This document shows positions 29,305 through 39,764 of a DNA stretch of 64,000 bases, piece after piece. Both the position numbers and the translations under genes were made by a program. Positions within the stretch are counted from its first letter, which is position 1. Every line of letters begins with the position of its first letter. The notes below the pieces were generated by a model that ran no database searches, had not been told where the DNA came from, and saw nothing but the letters and a program-made list of their open reading frames with translations. The stretch is from Geopsychrobacteraceae bacterium (GTDB lineage: Bacteria; Desulfobacterota; Desulfuromonadia; Desulfuromonadales; Geopsychrobacteraceae). Location: NCBI GenBank assembly GCA_963662315.1, contig OY759353.1:4192001-4256000 (forward strand), in the 5' to 3' direction.

Positions 29305-32013
29305 ATGATGCAAATTTCAAAGAAAGTCTTTTTGTGGCTTATGGTCACAACAATTGTCGTGCTGTCAGGTTGTGGAGGTTCGGGATCCGGTGGCGACAGC
29401 AGCGTGACCGACAATGGATCGACAGGGGTTTTGGTCGATCCATATATCAACGGTGCCATCCTTCAGGAAGTGGCCGAAGATGGCACAACCATCCTGCAAA
29501 GGGGTTCAACCCTTACCGATGCGCAGGGCCGTTTCGAATTTTCAGCAGAAGTTCAAGTTGGTTCGATCATTGAAACAAAAATCAGTCAACTCGGCACCCA
29601 CGTCGGTGAACCAAATCAGGTGGTCTTACGGCGGCAAATTCGCGCGAACGACAATGGTCTTCTGGTCGTTTCACCGCTGACCACACTGATTGCCAACGGC
29701 AGCACCGAAACCGACGTGGTGGCGCTACTGCAAACGGCAGGGCTGACCGATTTTTCAGCCGGAGATATTTATATTGATCCCATGTCCGGTCTGGACAATC
29801 TCTCATCCAACGTGACTTCTGCCGATCTGACCCGGCTGCAGGCCGCCATGGCCGTCGCTAACTATCTTGAGGCAAAAAATAATCCGCATACCACTGCTTT
29901 GGATATGAATGCCTCCAGTGAATTTGAAATTTTCACAAGCTGTCTTGATGCAGTTCAAGAGACATTGTCATCCGAACTGTTTGCCCAAATTACCGCGGCA
30001 CAGAACAACGGTGGACCGACTATGCAGGAATTCATCAATGCATCGGTGACCTACACGCGGCCAGTCATCGCCATGATGAAGCTCCAACTCACTAACAATG
30101 GGAGCATTGATCCTGTTGCATTGCATGATAAAGCCATGACCGCCAGCAGTGACATGTTGAACAGCATGTCCGGACAAAACCCTGGAAATGGAAGCCCGAA
30201 TGGGACAACGCTTTACGCAAATGATTGCGCAGATTGTCACGGCGATCTGGCTAATTCCGATATTCCGGGGCGTTCTGCTGACGCCATTCAAACGGCCATC
30301 GACCAAAACCTTGGTGGCATGAGTCGTTATGCCAACCTGACCACAGCAGAAATCCAGGCCATTGCAGCAGTGCTGTCGAACCAACAACCGACCGATCCAA
30401 CCGCGCCAGTTGATGGAACGACCCTCTATGGAAATATGTGCGCCGGTTGCCATAGCGCCTTGGCCAGTACTACCATCCAAGGCAATACAGCGAGCGCCAT
30501 CCAGAGTGCCATCGATCAAAATATTGGCAACATGGGCTTCCTGAGCACCTTGACCAGCGAAGAAGTTCAGGCCATTGCCGGTGTTTTGCCCGGGTCCACC
30601 CCGGTTGACCCGACTCAGCCGGTTGATGGGGCCACGGTTTATTCCAATAGTTGCACCAGTTGCCACGGCGCTCTGGCCAGCACGAGCATCCAGGGGCGTA
30701 CCGCCAGCTCGATCCAAAGTGCCATTGATCAGAATATTGGCAACATGGGCTTCCTCAGCACCTTGACCAGCGAAGAAGTTCAGGCCGTTGCCGATGTCCT
30801 GCCTGTTGCAACGCCGGTCGATCCGACCCTGCCAGCGGACGGAACCGCTCTTTACACCAGTGAATGTGCCGGTTGTCACGGAACGCTCGCCAACACCAAC
30901 AAACCGGGGCGGACCGCTACTGACATCCAAAGTGCCATTGATCAGAATATTGGCAACATGGGCTTCCTCAGCACCTTGACCAGCGAAGAAGTTCAGGCCA
31001 TTGCCGACGTCCTGCCCGCAGCGCCGCCGGTCGATCCGACCTTGCCAGCAGACGGAACCGCTCTTTACACCAGTGAGTGTGCCGGTTGTCACGGAACGCT
31101 CGCCAACACCAACAAACCGGGGCGGAACGCTACTGACATCCAAAGTGCCATTGATCAGAATGTTGGCAACATGGGCTTCCTCAGCACCTTGACCAGCGAA
31201 GAAGTTCAGGCCATTGCCGACGTCCTGCCCGTAGCGCCGCCAGTTGATCCGACCCTGCCAGCTGATGGAACCGCTCTTTACGCCAGTGAATGTGCCGGTT
31301 GTCACGGAACGCTCGCCAACACCAACAAACCAGGGCGGACCGCTACTGAGATCCAAAGTGCCATTGATCAGAATGTTGGCAACATGGGTTTCCTCAGCAC
31401 CTTGACTAGCGAAGAAGTTCAGGCCATTGCCGACGTCTTACCGGCAACGAACGGGAACAGTGGCCCGGATTACAGTGATTGTACGGCTTGCCACGCTCAA
31501 CCACCAAACGGGACCAGCGAGCCGAACATTGATGGCGCCCACAGCGCTCATAAGGCCATCGCATCAATCGGCACGAATTGCCAAATCTGTCACACTGACG
31601 CAAGCCATAACGGGTCCGTCGACTTGGCGTTCCCTACTGATTACAACTCCGCCTATGGTGTTGCGACCGACAACCTTGACGGCACCTGCAGCAATATCAG
31701 CTGTCACGGTGGCAAGACCACCCCTGATTGGTGGAGCGGTTCGATCAGCCTGACTGCGGGCTGTACCAGCTGCCACAATTCAAGTGCAGGCGAATATATC
31801 AGTCAGACCTCCGGCAGACACCGGAAGCACAGCGGTTACAGCTGTACGACCTGCCACAACAGCTCACGTATGCCGAACCACATTGGCGACCTGTTGACCG
31901 ATAATTTTGAAGTTTCAGCGGCTTCGACTGTCGGCGGCAGCGGAACACGTGTTGGCAGTTACAGCAATAGCTCCTGTTCCAGTATTGCTTGCCACGGCAG
32001 CGAGCGTTGGTAA
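29305..32013 (+). CDS. Lipoprotein multiheme cytochrome c (10 CxxCH plus 2 CxxxxCH)
   Basis: Lipobox LSGC; six tandem monoheme domains, then a Geobacter-type CxxxxCH/CxxCH C-terminus. Confidence 0.92.
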   Translation: MMQISKKVFLWLMVTTIVVLSGCGGSGSGGDSSVTDNGSTGVLVDPYINGAILQEVAEDGTTILQRGSTLTDAQGRFEFSAEVQVGSIIETKISQLGTHVGEPNQVVLRRQIRANDNGLLVVSPLTTLIANGSTETDVVALLQTAGLTDFSAGDIYIDPMSGLDNLSSNVTSADLTRLQAAMAVANYLEAKNNPHTTALDMNASSEFEIFTSCLDAVQETLSSELFAQITAAQNNGGPTMQEFINASVTYTRPVIAMMKLQLTNNGSIDPVALHDKAMTASSDMLNSMSGQNPGNGSPNGTTLYANDCADCHGDLANSDIPGRSADAIQTAIDQNLGGMSRYANLTTAEIQAIAAVLSNQQPTDPTAPVDGTTLYGNMCAGCHSALASTTIQGNTASAIQSAIDQNIGNMGFLSTLTSEEVQAIAGVLPGSTPVDPTQPVDGATVYSNSCTSCHGALASTSIQGRTASSIQSAIDQNIGNMGFLSTLTSEEVQAVADVLPVATPVDPTLPADGTALYTSECAGCHGTLANTNKPGRTATDIQSAIDQNIGNMGFLSTLTSEEVQAIADVLPAAPPVDPTLPADGTALYTSECAGCHGTLANTNKPGRNATDIQSAIDQNVGNMGFLSTLTSEEVQAIADVLPVAPPVDPTLPADGTALYASECAGCHGTLANTNKPGRTATEIQSAIDQNVGNMGFLSTLTSEEVQAIADVLPATNGNSGPDYSDCTACHAQPPNGTSEPNIDGAHSAHKAIASIGTNCQICHTDASHNGSVDLAFPTDYNSAYGVATDNLDGTCSNISCHGGKTTPDWWSGSISLTAGCTSCHNSSAGEYISQTSGRHRKHSGYSCTTCHNSSRMPNHIGDLLTDNFEVSAASTVGGSGTRVGSYSNSSCSSIACHGSERW
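30200..31445 (+). repeat. Intragenic 213-bp tandem repeats (71-aa cytochrome c domains)
   Basis: Recurring GTALY..CAGCH...GNMGFLSTLTSEEVQAIA. Confidence 0.95.
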
Positions 32014-32034
32014 CATGTAATCAGGAATCAACCA

Positions 32035-32172
32035 ACCCGGCCGGAGCTCTTTCCGGCCGGGTTCATTTTTCCCGGCGCTGAAAGAACGAATCAAAAAAAT
32101 CGCTTAAAGGTCAAATACCCTGATGAAAGCCGGGATTGCGTAGAATTTAGCGTAGTCGTGGTGGGAACACAG
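32035..32172. repeat. Diverged partial large structured repeat right after the cytochrome stop
   Basis: TTCATTTTTCCCGGCGCTGAAAGAACGAATCAAAAAAATC...GGTCAAA...CTGATGAAAGCCGG...GTGGGAACACAG. Confidence 0.75.
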
Positions 32173-32574
32173 TCAGCCCACGATCTTGCCTTTGATTGAA
32201 AATTTCTTTATTCCCATAGAAAAACCAAACTGTCCCCTTTTGTGAGCGGTTAAGACCGCGGCAACTGGCTCCCCGTGACCTCTTCCTATCCACAGGCAAG
32301 CAAACCTGCATCCCACACTCTTCTTCATCAGATTAAAGCAATTATCTAATCTCTCGCTAACCTGAATGATACAGAAAGGCATACACACGGTTGATTGTTT
32401 TTTGCCGATTTTTGCTCTATGCGGAAGCCTCTGCCAGGTTGCGCCTGCACAACTTAGAAGCGTAAAGAATGACTGCCCTACTTAAATGGTTTTAAGTCTT
32501 GCAGAACGGTAAAAACAAAGCCAAATTAACTGATCGCTTGTTGCTATTCGCAACGGGAACAATTCGGAGGTAAG

Positions 32575-34455
32575 ATGAATATGTATTTTTCGAAGTGGAA
32601 AGGCTTTTTTCTGTCTTTATTGCTTTTGGTTGGGTTGACCGGCCTGGCCGGATGTGGTGACAACAATGATGATAATGATGAGTCACACCATGCCGTTGAT
32701 CTGCGGGTTATTCATACCAATGACCATCACTCATACCTGGACAGCTCAAGCTACGATCTGACCATCAATAATGTGTCAACCCGGGTGGACATGGGCGGCT
32801 TTTCGCGACTCTCCACCGTTATCGAGGAAGAACGCAACAATCACAGTATCGTTGTCAACAGCGGCGAACTGAGTGGCACATTGTACTTCTCTTTGTTCAA
32901 AGGTGAGCCAGATTTTAAAATCTTTAACGAACTTCATCTGGATGGCTACACGCTCGGAAACCACGAATTCGATGAAGGCGATGGCAGACTTGCCGAGCTT
33001 GTTGCCATGGCCAATTTCCCGATCCTTTCCTCGAATATGAGCCCTGAACCGGCTAGCCCTCTCTATGCGGTCAAAGACGACATCAAACCTTATGTCATTA
33101 AAAATATCGATGGAGAGAAAATCGGTATCATCGGGGTTCTGAAGGTCGAAAAGACCAAGAATTCTTCGCTGGTCTCTGATGATGTCACCTTCACCGAAGA
33201 GATAACTGCTGCGAATCAGGCTGTCGCCGAGCTTGAAGCGCAGGGCGTCAATAAGATCGTTCTGGTCAGCCATGTCGGCTATTACAACGATATCGTTTTT
33301 GCGCAAAATGTTCCCGGCCTGGATATTATCGTTGGCGGCGATACCCACTCCCTCATCGGCGCTGAAAGCGAACTCGAACAGATCGGTCTCAGCAGAGTCT
33401 ATGCCAACGATCAGACCGGGCCTTTTGCAGGATATACCCATGATGGAATTGCCGAACTCGATTCGATAGGGGCCTATCCGACTCTGGTGACCGGACCTGA
33501 AGGGGAACCGGTCTATGTTGTCACCGCCTGGAGCTATGCCCGTGCCGTCGGGATCCTTGATGTGGGCTTTTCTGCTGATGGCATCGTTGAAAACATCAGC
33601 GGCAACATTGTTATTCCGATCGGCGCTACTTTTCAGCAGAAAGATGCCAGTAACGCCTATGTCGAGGTGTCTGATACGGTGAAAAGCGAAATTCTCGCCG
33701 CCGTGGATGCGTCTCCCCTTTTGCGGGTGGCGGAGGTCAATCCGACCATCGAAACCATTCTTGAACCATACCGGTCAGAGATGATCGCCACCCAGGCGAA
33801 GGTGGTGGGCTCTGTCTCCGAGACGATGAGCAATACCAGGATTCCAACCGCTTTTGCCGCCGGAGATACGTCGACGGGAAGTTATGCCGGGCAGGTTGTT
33901 GCCGATGCCTTCAAAAGAACCAACATTGCGATCGATGTGGCGATTCAGAATGCCGGTGGGGTCAGAGCCAATCTTCTTGAAGGGGATATCACCCTGGGGC
34001 AGCTGATCGAGGTGCTGCCGTTTTCCAATACGGTTGTCATGATCAAGATGACAGGCGCGGATATCGTCAAGGTGTTGAACGAAGGTGCCTACTACTCGCT
34101 CAATTCAGGTTCGACCGGTGCTTTCCCCTACGCTTCGGGGCTGCGTTACGATGTCAATCTCAGCGGCGACGCGACCCATGTCATTACCAATGTCGAAGTT
34201 CAGGACAGAGTAAGCGGGGTGTGGTCGGATATTGCCGCCGATACCGTTTACACTGTGGCAACCAATTCGTTCACGGCACAGGGCAAGGATAACTATCTGA
34301 CCTTTGCCGCCGTGAGAGAAGCTGACTCAACTGTGTATGAGGATACTTCCATCCTCTACTATGTCCCACTGCTGGATTATTTCGAAAGCCTGCCGGATAA
34401 CATCCTGCCGGCGCTTGATCTGAGCGAATATTGTCTCAAATCAGTGGCAGAATAA
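32575..34455 (+). CDS. 5'-nucleotidase / NAD nucleotidase lipoprotein
   Basis: Lipobox LAGC; HTNDHHS, LGNHEFD, SHVG, GGDTHS, QNAGGVR, PFSN. Confidence 0.92.
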   Translation: MNMYFSKWKGFFLSLLLLVGLTGLAGCGDNNDDNDESHHAVDLRVIHTNDHHSYLDSSSYDLTINNVSTRVDMGGFSRLSTVIEEERNNHSIVVNSGELSGTLYFSLFKGEPDFKIFNELHLDGYTLGNHEFDEGDGRLAELVAMANFPILSSNMSPEPASPLYAVKDDIKPYVIKNIDGEKIGIIGVLKVEKTKNSSLVSDDVTFTEEITAANQAVAELEAQGVNKIVLVSHVGYYNDIVFAQNVPGLDIIVGGDTHSLIGAESELEQIGLSRVYANDQTGPFAGYTHDGIAELDSIGAYPTLVTGPEGEPVYVVTAWSYARAVGILDVGFSADGIVENISGNIVIPIGATFQQKDASNAYVEVSDTVKSEILAAVDASPLLRVAEVNPTIETILEPYRSEMIATQAKVVGSVSETMSNTRIPTAFAAGDTSTGSYAGQVVADAFKRTNIAIDVAIQNAGGVRANLLEGDITLGQLIEVLPFSNTVVMIKMTGADIVKVLNEGAYYSLNSGSTGAFPYASGLRYDVNLSGDATHVITNVEVQDRVSGVWSDIAADTVYTVATNSFTAQGKDNYLTFAAVREADSTVYEDTSILYYVPLLDYFESLPDNILPALDLSEYCLKSVAE

Positions 34456-34765
34456 GCAGATACAGAGTGTCGACGTTGTTGTAGGCTGCCGATGAGGTAG
34501 CAGCCAACACACGGAATTGACCTGGCTGGGAAAAATTACGGATACCCTGAAATGGCGCCAGGTTAAGCAACACTGCAGTAAACTCGGGACTGTCCCCAGG
34601 GTCATCGGGGGCAGTCCCGGTTTTGCTGCATTCACTATTAAACGAGTGCCATTCCAGATATCCGCCCCCTTTTTGGATTTTGACGACGGACAGATCATTC
34701 TTGACGCTATACTTACCGGTCGGTATAGTGAGAAGAAATAATCTGATCACTGAAATACGGGAACC

Positions 34766-35332
34766 ATGGATAATCAAACCAAAATACTATCATCAGCTCT
34801 TGAACTATTTGCCCAGCACGGCTATGACGCGGTCGGGGTGCAGCGGATTGTAGCCGCGGCGGAGGTCACCAAGCCTACCCTGTATCATTATTTCGGCAGT
34901 AAAAAAGGCTTATTGCTGGCATTGCTGGAATCCCGATTCAGCGACTTGTTTCAGCTTCTTGAGGAAGCAACCGCGCTAGATGGGAACTTGCAAGAACAAC
35001 TTAGCCGGATTGTCTCGGCATATTTTAATTTTGCCGGCTTAAATCCGGATTTTTACCGCCTGCAGCTGTCCCTGTGGTTTGCTCCGGCTCACAGCGAGGC
35101 ATTTGATGCCGCCCTGGGCTTTAGCCTCAGGCAACAGGGATTTTTGGAAAAGATTTTTGTCGCTGCCGCAGAGCAAAACAAGCATATGGAGGGGCAGCAT
35201 CAGGCTTATGCCGCAACTTTTCTGGGCATGACCAATACCTATATCGGCATATCCCTCAACGGCTATGCTGAATTAAACCAAAGCTTGATTGACCGCACCG
35301 TGCACCAGTTTCTATATGGGATTTTTCGCTAG
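34766..35332 (+). CDS. TetR/AcrR regulator
   Basis: N-terminal HTH VTKPTLYHYFGSK. Confidence 0.93.
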   Translation: MDNQTKILSSALELFAQHGYDAVGVQRIVAAAEVTKPTLYHYFGSKKGLLLALLESRFSDLFQLLEEATALDGNLQEQLSRIVSAYFNFAGLNPDFYRLQLSLWFAPAHSEAFDAALGFSLRQQGFLEKIFVAAAEQNKHMEGQHQAYAATFLGMTNTYIGISLNGYAELNQSLIDRTVHQFLYGIFR

Positions 35333-35340
35333 GGGGAAAT

Positions 35341-35424
35341 ATGACATTCCAAAAAATACTCATCGTTGGCGCTGGAACCATGGGGATGCAGATCTCATCA
35401 TTGAATCGGTCACGGAAAATCTGA
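35341..35424 (+). pseudogene. N-terminal stub of a 3-hydroxyacyl-CoA dehydrogenase-like gene
   Basis: MTFQKILIVGAGTMGMQI followed by an early stop; good RBS. Confidence 0.6.
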
Positions 35425-35489
35425 AAACAAAACAGAGCAGAGAGGGAAGACTGTGCGGCATGACCATCTCATGAAAGAAATGTCATCAG

Positions 35490-36290
35490 ATGACCACTGA
35501 AAATATCTATGATCATATGTCCGGGCGCTACATCTCCTGCGACGATGCCCAAATATACGTTGAGGAAAAAGGAAATCCGGAGCTGCCAATATTGATTATG
35601 TTGCATGGTGGATTTGGCAATATGGAAGACTTCAATACCATTGCTCCGGCTTTAAGCCGTCAATTTAGGCTTATTGGTATCGACAGTTGCGGACATGGAA
35701 AATCGAGCCTGGGGACGGGAAAACTTTCTTATACGCTGCTGGCAGATGATCTTGCCCGGATCATTGATTCCCTTGAAATTGCGGCATTCAATCTCCTTGG
35801 ATTCAGTGATGGTGGCATCATCGCCTACCGTTATGCCGCAAGAAAAGATCCAAGGCTTGGTAAATTAATAACAGTCGGGGCAAGGTGGGAAATGAGTGAG
35901 CATGACCCTGTATGGGCCATGCTTTCCGGGATGAACGTGGATATCTGGAAGAAGGCTTTTCCTTTGAGCTATGAAAGCTATAAGCGCCTTAATCCAGAGC
36001 CTGACTTCGACGAATTCTCCAAGGTAGTTGTAGCTATGTGGACGGATTTGAGCAGTGATGGCCACCCTGGGGCGCTGGTGACGCAAATAGACAATGAAAT
36101 ACTGGCCATCCGTGGTGAAAGGGATCCACTGACTTCACTCGAAAGTATGGAGAGGCTTCGTGGTATGGGGAAGAAAGTGCGTCTTGTGAATATTCCCTTG
36201 GCAGGACATGTTGCCTTTAATGATGACCCGGAAATGTTTCTTCATACGGTCAGTGGTTTTTACACCTCCATCGAGAGAGAGACCGAATGA
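35490..36290 (+). CDS. Alpha/beta hydrolase
   Basis: LHGG, GHGKS, GFSDGG nucleophile elbow, AGH. Confidence 0.92.
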   Translation: MTTENIYDHMSGRYISCDDAQIYVEEKGNPELPILIMLHGGFGNMEDFNTIAPALSRQFRLIGIDSCGHGKSSLGTGKLSYTLLADDLARIIDSLEIAAFNLLGFSDGGIIAYRYAARKDPRLGKLITVGARWEMSEHDPVWAMLSGMNVDIWKKAFPLSYESYKRLNPEPDFDEFSKVVVAMWTDLSSDGHPGALVTQIDNEILAIRGERDPLTSLESMERLRGMGKKVRLVNIPLAGHVAFNDDPEMFLHTVSGFYTSIERETE

Positions 36291-36796
36291 CTCTGGAACG
36301 CACAGTAGCAAAGGCATTTCGCTTGACAGACGAGAATTGGATGAAACATTCGAATCCGTGGAGTGTCTGGACACGATATTCCGTTCTTCCCTTGATTGTG
36401 ATCGGTTTTTGGAGTCGCGTTTGGATCGGCTGGTGGTGTTTAGTTCCAGGAATACTGTCCATTCTGTGGATGTTTTTTAACCCCGTGTTTTTCAATAAAC
36501 CAAAATCCACCAAGAATTGGGCTTCAAAATCTGTATTGGGCGAGAGAGTTTATCTCAATAGAGACCATGTTGAGATTCCAGAGATTCATAAAACCCCCCT
36601 GTTTGGCATTCTCAATGCGATTTCTTCCAGCGGTATGGCGCTGGCGATTTGGGCCATTGTCTACTATTCCGTGTGGGGCGCAATCCTTGGCACAGCGCTG
36701 GCCTACCTTGGAAAAAGTTGGTACTTGGACCGCATGGTTTGGTTGTATGAAACAATGAAACATGAACATGAAGAGTATCGAAAGTGGGACTACTGA
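36287..36796 (+). CDS. Membrane protein (DUF6653-like)
   Basis: HSNPWSVWTR motif, Trp-rich TM segments; ATGA overlap with the hydrolase. Confidence 0.75.
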   Translation: MTLERTVAKAFRLTDENWMKHSNPWSVWTRYSVLPLIVIGFWSRVWIGWWCLVPGILSILWMFFNPVFFNKPKSTKNWASKSVLGERVYLNRDHVEIPEIHKTPLFGILNAISSSGMALAIWAIVYYSVWGAILGTALAYLGKSWYLDRMVWLYETMKHEHEEYRKWDY

Positions 36797-36968
36797 AGGG
36801 CAAGTAGCAGGCGTTTTTTCCCCTATATTGGCTTTCTTGTGGAAAAACACATCACGTTGAGTGCGGCCTTTGAGAGATATTGTGAAATTTTCTTTTACTT
36901 ATGTGAAGTTATTGCCGATGAGTATCAGGTAATGTCTGTATGGGCTTAGGTGCCGGGAGAAGAAATCC

Positions 36969-37388
36969 ATGAAGATCAGTACAGAGACCACGCATCCTTA
37001 TACCAGCCAGCGCGCACAAACTCCCTCCGCGACAAGTGCCAAGGCGACGTCGTTTGCGGCCAGACTGGCAACAGCTACTGGCGAAAACTCCACCGGAAAA
37101 CAGGTAGATTTCGCCAACATGACCCGCCAGGACCTGTTCGATTGGATGAACAACCAAATCCGCAGCGGCAAAATGTCCCTCGATGAAAGTTCACCCTTCT
37201 TGGGGATGACAATGAAGGTTGCGGTAGCGGCAGGCCCACAGTCGTCAGAGATGGCTGCAGACACGACGCGCATCAATTTTATTGAAAAAGCCCGTTTGGG
37301 AATCGAGGGGGCGCTGTCACGCAATGATCAGGATTTGGCCAACAGATTGACGATGGCAATAGATCTTATGCGGCGCGCAAGCCCGTGA
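36969..37388 (+). CDS. Hypothetical protein
   Basis: 139-aa ORF with RBS and a DFANMT motif. Confidence 0.7.
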   Translation: MKISTETTHPYTSQRAQTPSATSAKATSFAARLATATGENSTGKQVDFANMTRQDLFDWMNNQIRSGKMSLDESSPFLGMTMKVAVAAGPQSSEMAADTTRINFIEKARLGIEGALSRNDQDLANRLTMAIDLMRRASP

Positions 37389-37900
37389 TTTTGCTTGTTT
37401 CATTTCAATCATAAAAAGACAACACCGGCGGGTCCCGGCCCGCCAGCCGGCTTCATTTTTCCCAACGATGGAAAAACGAAGCAAAAAGATCTTTGAAGGT
37501 CAAGGTAACTGACGATAGCTGTGTTGGGTTACGTTTAAAGGTTGCTGGGTGCAATTAACCGGCAGCCCACGCTGCTGTCGCAGCTAATGGGCAAGGGCGT
37601 TAGTTGGTGCAGAATGCCGTGGGATTATCGGTATTCGTTTTTAAAACCATTATCCATCAATAATGCGGTTCTGGCCATCAGGCGCGCATTGCGCCGTCGG
37701 CCGACTGGTTAGATGCTGGATGTTTCCTTGGAGAACCAACGCCCGAGTCCGGACCCTTTAAAGAAGGGCGTTTTGTGCTTACTATTTGTCGCCCGCCTGG
37801 GACAAATAGTAAGGCGTCGTGCGGGGCGCAACCCCGCGACTTTGTTTGTTTCTTTTCAATCATAAAAGACAACACCGGCGGGGCCCGGCCCGCCAGCCGG
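37389..37900. repeat. Large structured repeat, hybrid unit (type B 5' half, type A 3' half) plus start of next unit
   Basis: Matches 50350-50560 and 50170-50410. Confidence 0.92.
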
Positions 37901-37904
37901 TACC

Positions 37905-38232
37905 ATGTGCCGCGCGGGAGTATCGTCCCGCAAGTGAGACAGATCTCCCCGGATAAGAACGCGATCTGTCACTGCTTGGGCCGCAGTATGTACCAAGGTA
38001 TCGTGAATCCGTGGGACTTCGTTATGGTGTGCTGACTTGCCCGGATACCCGGCCTTATATCCTGTTTCTGTTCGTCAGCTCACAGTTTTGCACTCGGGCT
38101 TCCTCCAGACCTCTCCTCACGGAGACGCCCTTGCCGTCGGCTAGTACTTTAATGACATCACACACATGTGATGCTAGGATTCTACGTACAGGGGACTTCC
38201 ACCCCATAAGATCACGCCCGTGCCGGGCGTAC
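37905..38232 (-). mobile_element. 5' remnant of a group IIC (attC-targeting) intron, no RT ORF
   Basis: Minus strand TTGT|GTACGCCCGGCACGGGCGTG at the attC inverse core; further IIC-like domain I-III motifs. Left boundary approximate. Confidence 0.8.
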
Positions 38233-38329
38233 ACAAGACAATCAACCGGATGGAACAATGGTAGCCGAAATTCGCAAGAAGGTTACTAAGCTGTAACGAC
38301 GTCGGCCACCGGTTATTTCACCGTTAGCT
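38233..38329 (+). other. attC site (inverse core split by the intron)
   Basis: ACAAGACAATCAACCGG...CCGGTTATTTCACC-GTTAGCT. Confidence 0.85.
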
Positions 38330-38354
38330 ACCCAAAATAATTTAAGGAAATTCA

Positions 38355-38675
38355 ATGTCATCAGAAAATATTCAAGAGCCAGAAGTTTTAGGTCCGGAGG
38401 AAGAAAAAAATACTCAACCTGATCCGTTTTTCGAATATTTAAAGTCGGACAAAGGGCATGAAATTCTTTCAAGAACAATCAAGATATTTGAAGACATAAA
38501 AATTGCTACTCTTGAAAAATCAACAAGTCATGCAAAATTTGAAAAATGGATTCAGGGTCTGATTGTGATCATTGTAATCGTAGCTACTAGTATCTTGACC
38601 TATCTCGGTAAATTTGATTCCTCAATTGGAGTTTTGTTTGGAACTTTAGTCGGTTATTTGTTCGGAAAAAAGTAG
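38355..38675 (+). CDS. Integron cassette gene, small membrane protein
   Basis: Bounded by complementary GTTAGCT (38323) and AGCTAAC (38674); two C-terminal TM segments. Confidence 0.8.
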   Translation: MSSENIQEPEVLGPEEEKNTQPDPFFEYLKSDKGHEILSRTIKIFEDIKIATLEKSTSHAKFEKWIQGLIVIIVIVATSILTYLGKFDSSIGVLFGTLVGYLFGKK

Positions 38676-38680
38676 CTAAC

Positions 38681-38945
38681 ACTTATCAGGCCCCCGGCCG
38701 TCAAGAGTAAAAAATAGCGTCAACGCAAAAGATTCACCTTTTCGTTCTTTGACAAGCGACTGATCTACTAAGCAGCCATCCGGTTTCTGACTTGGGCTTT
38801 CACACGGGCTGCAGTGACGATCCTGCTCCCAAACACTTATTGAGGCTCTTTACACAGGGCCCGGATCTTTGGTTGCATCCTATTGCCCTGCCACCTGGAA
38901 ACACGTACGGACCCTGGTGCCGTTCCAGTCAAAAAGGCGGGCTTC
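38681..38945 (-). mobile_element. IS110/IS1111-like noncoding end joined at an attC inverse core (also 40683-40740, 55085-55167)
   Basis: AAC|ACTTATCAGGCCCCC at three cassette ends; internal copy AACACTTAT at 38832. Confidence 0.55.
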
Positions 38946-39171
38946 ATCGGTTGTGCTGATGATCCCAGTTCGTTACGGAATCGGGGCAGGGGCTTCAGCC
39001 GGCGCGGGCCGTGTTCGACCATCGCGCAAATATTGTGGGAGCGAGACAGGCCTCCAATCATCTGGAAGAATGGGGGTAAAACAGGCATTTTTTATCTCAC
39101 TCCCCCTGCCAGGGTTGGCTACATATCTTTACTTCAGGGTCTTTAAATTTTTAAGCATTTTAAGAGAAACA

Positions 39172-39272
39172 CCCTAACCTCAGCATCAACCGGATGGGAC
39201 AGGGCTAGGCGAAATTCGCAAGAAGTCTACTAGTTTGTAACGCATGTCCGCCACCGGTTAGAACCGTTATAA
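39172..39272 (+). other. attC site
   Basis: CCCTAAC...TCAACCGG...CCGGTTA...GTTATAA; same family as 38233 and 52111. Confidence 0.88.
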
Positions 39273-39332
39273 GTCGTCGAGCTCTTGACATTATAGTAAA
39301 CCAGTTTACAATATATCCAAACAAGTTAACAA

Positions 39333-39764
39333 ATGGAGGTTACTATGTGGACAAAGAGCTACAGCAAGACAGTTGAAAAACTGAACGCTGCTGAGGTTTG
39401 GAACGTTTGGACTGATGTCAATCACTGGCACACATGGCAAGATGATATCGAATTCGCAAAGCTAAATGGTGAATTCAGAAAAGGCGGCTTGATCCATTTC
39501 AAACCGAAAGGTGGTCCAAAGATCAAACTTGAACTTACTGAGGTCAAACCCAATTCCGTTTTTGTTGACCTCACAAGATTTCCCTTAGCAAGAATGTTCG
39601 ATTCACACGAAATAATTGATCACGGTGAAAATTTAGAAATTAAGTCAACAATTCGAATCGATGGACCACTGTCTTTTTTATGGAGGAAGCTCGTTGCCGA
39701 AAATGTTGCAAAAGGGCTTGAAGAACAGACAGATAGACTTATTGAAAAGGTTAGAAATGGCTGA
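39333..39764 (+). CDS. SRPBCC/polyketide cyclase-like protein (cassette)
   Basis: VWNVWTDVNHWHTW motif. Confidence 0.85.
   Translation: MEVTMWTKSYSKTVEKLNAAEVWNVWTDVNHWHTWQDDIEFAKLNGEFRKGGLIHFKPKGGPKIKLELTEVKPNSVFVDLTRFPLARMFDSHEIIDHGENLEIKSTIRIDGPLSFLWRKLVAENVAKGLEEQTDRLIEKVRNG

Noticed and set aside
29968..31356. 462-aa repetitive minus-strand ORF
   Set aside because: Antisense shadow of the cytochrome repeats.
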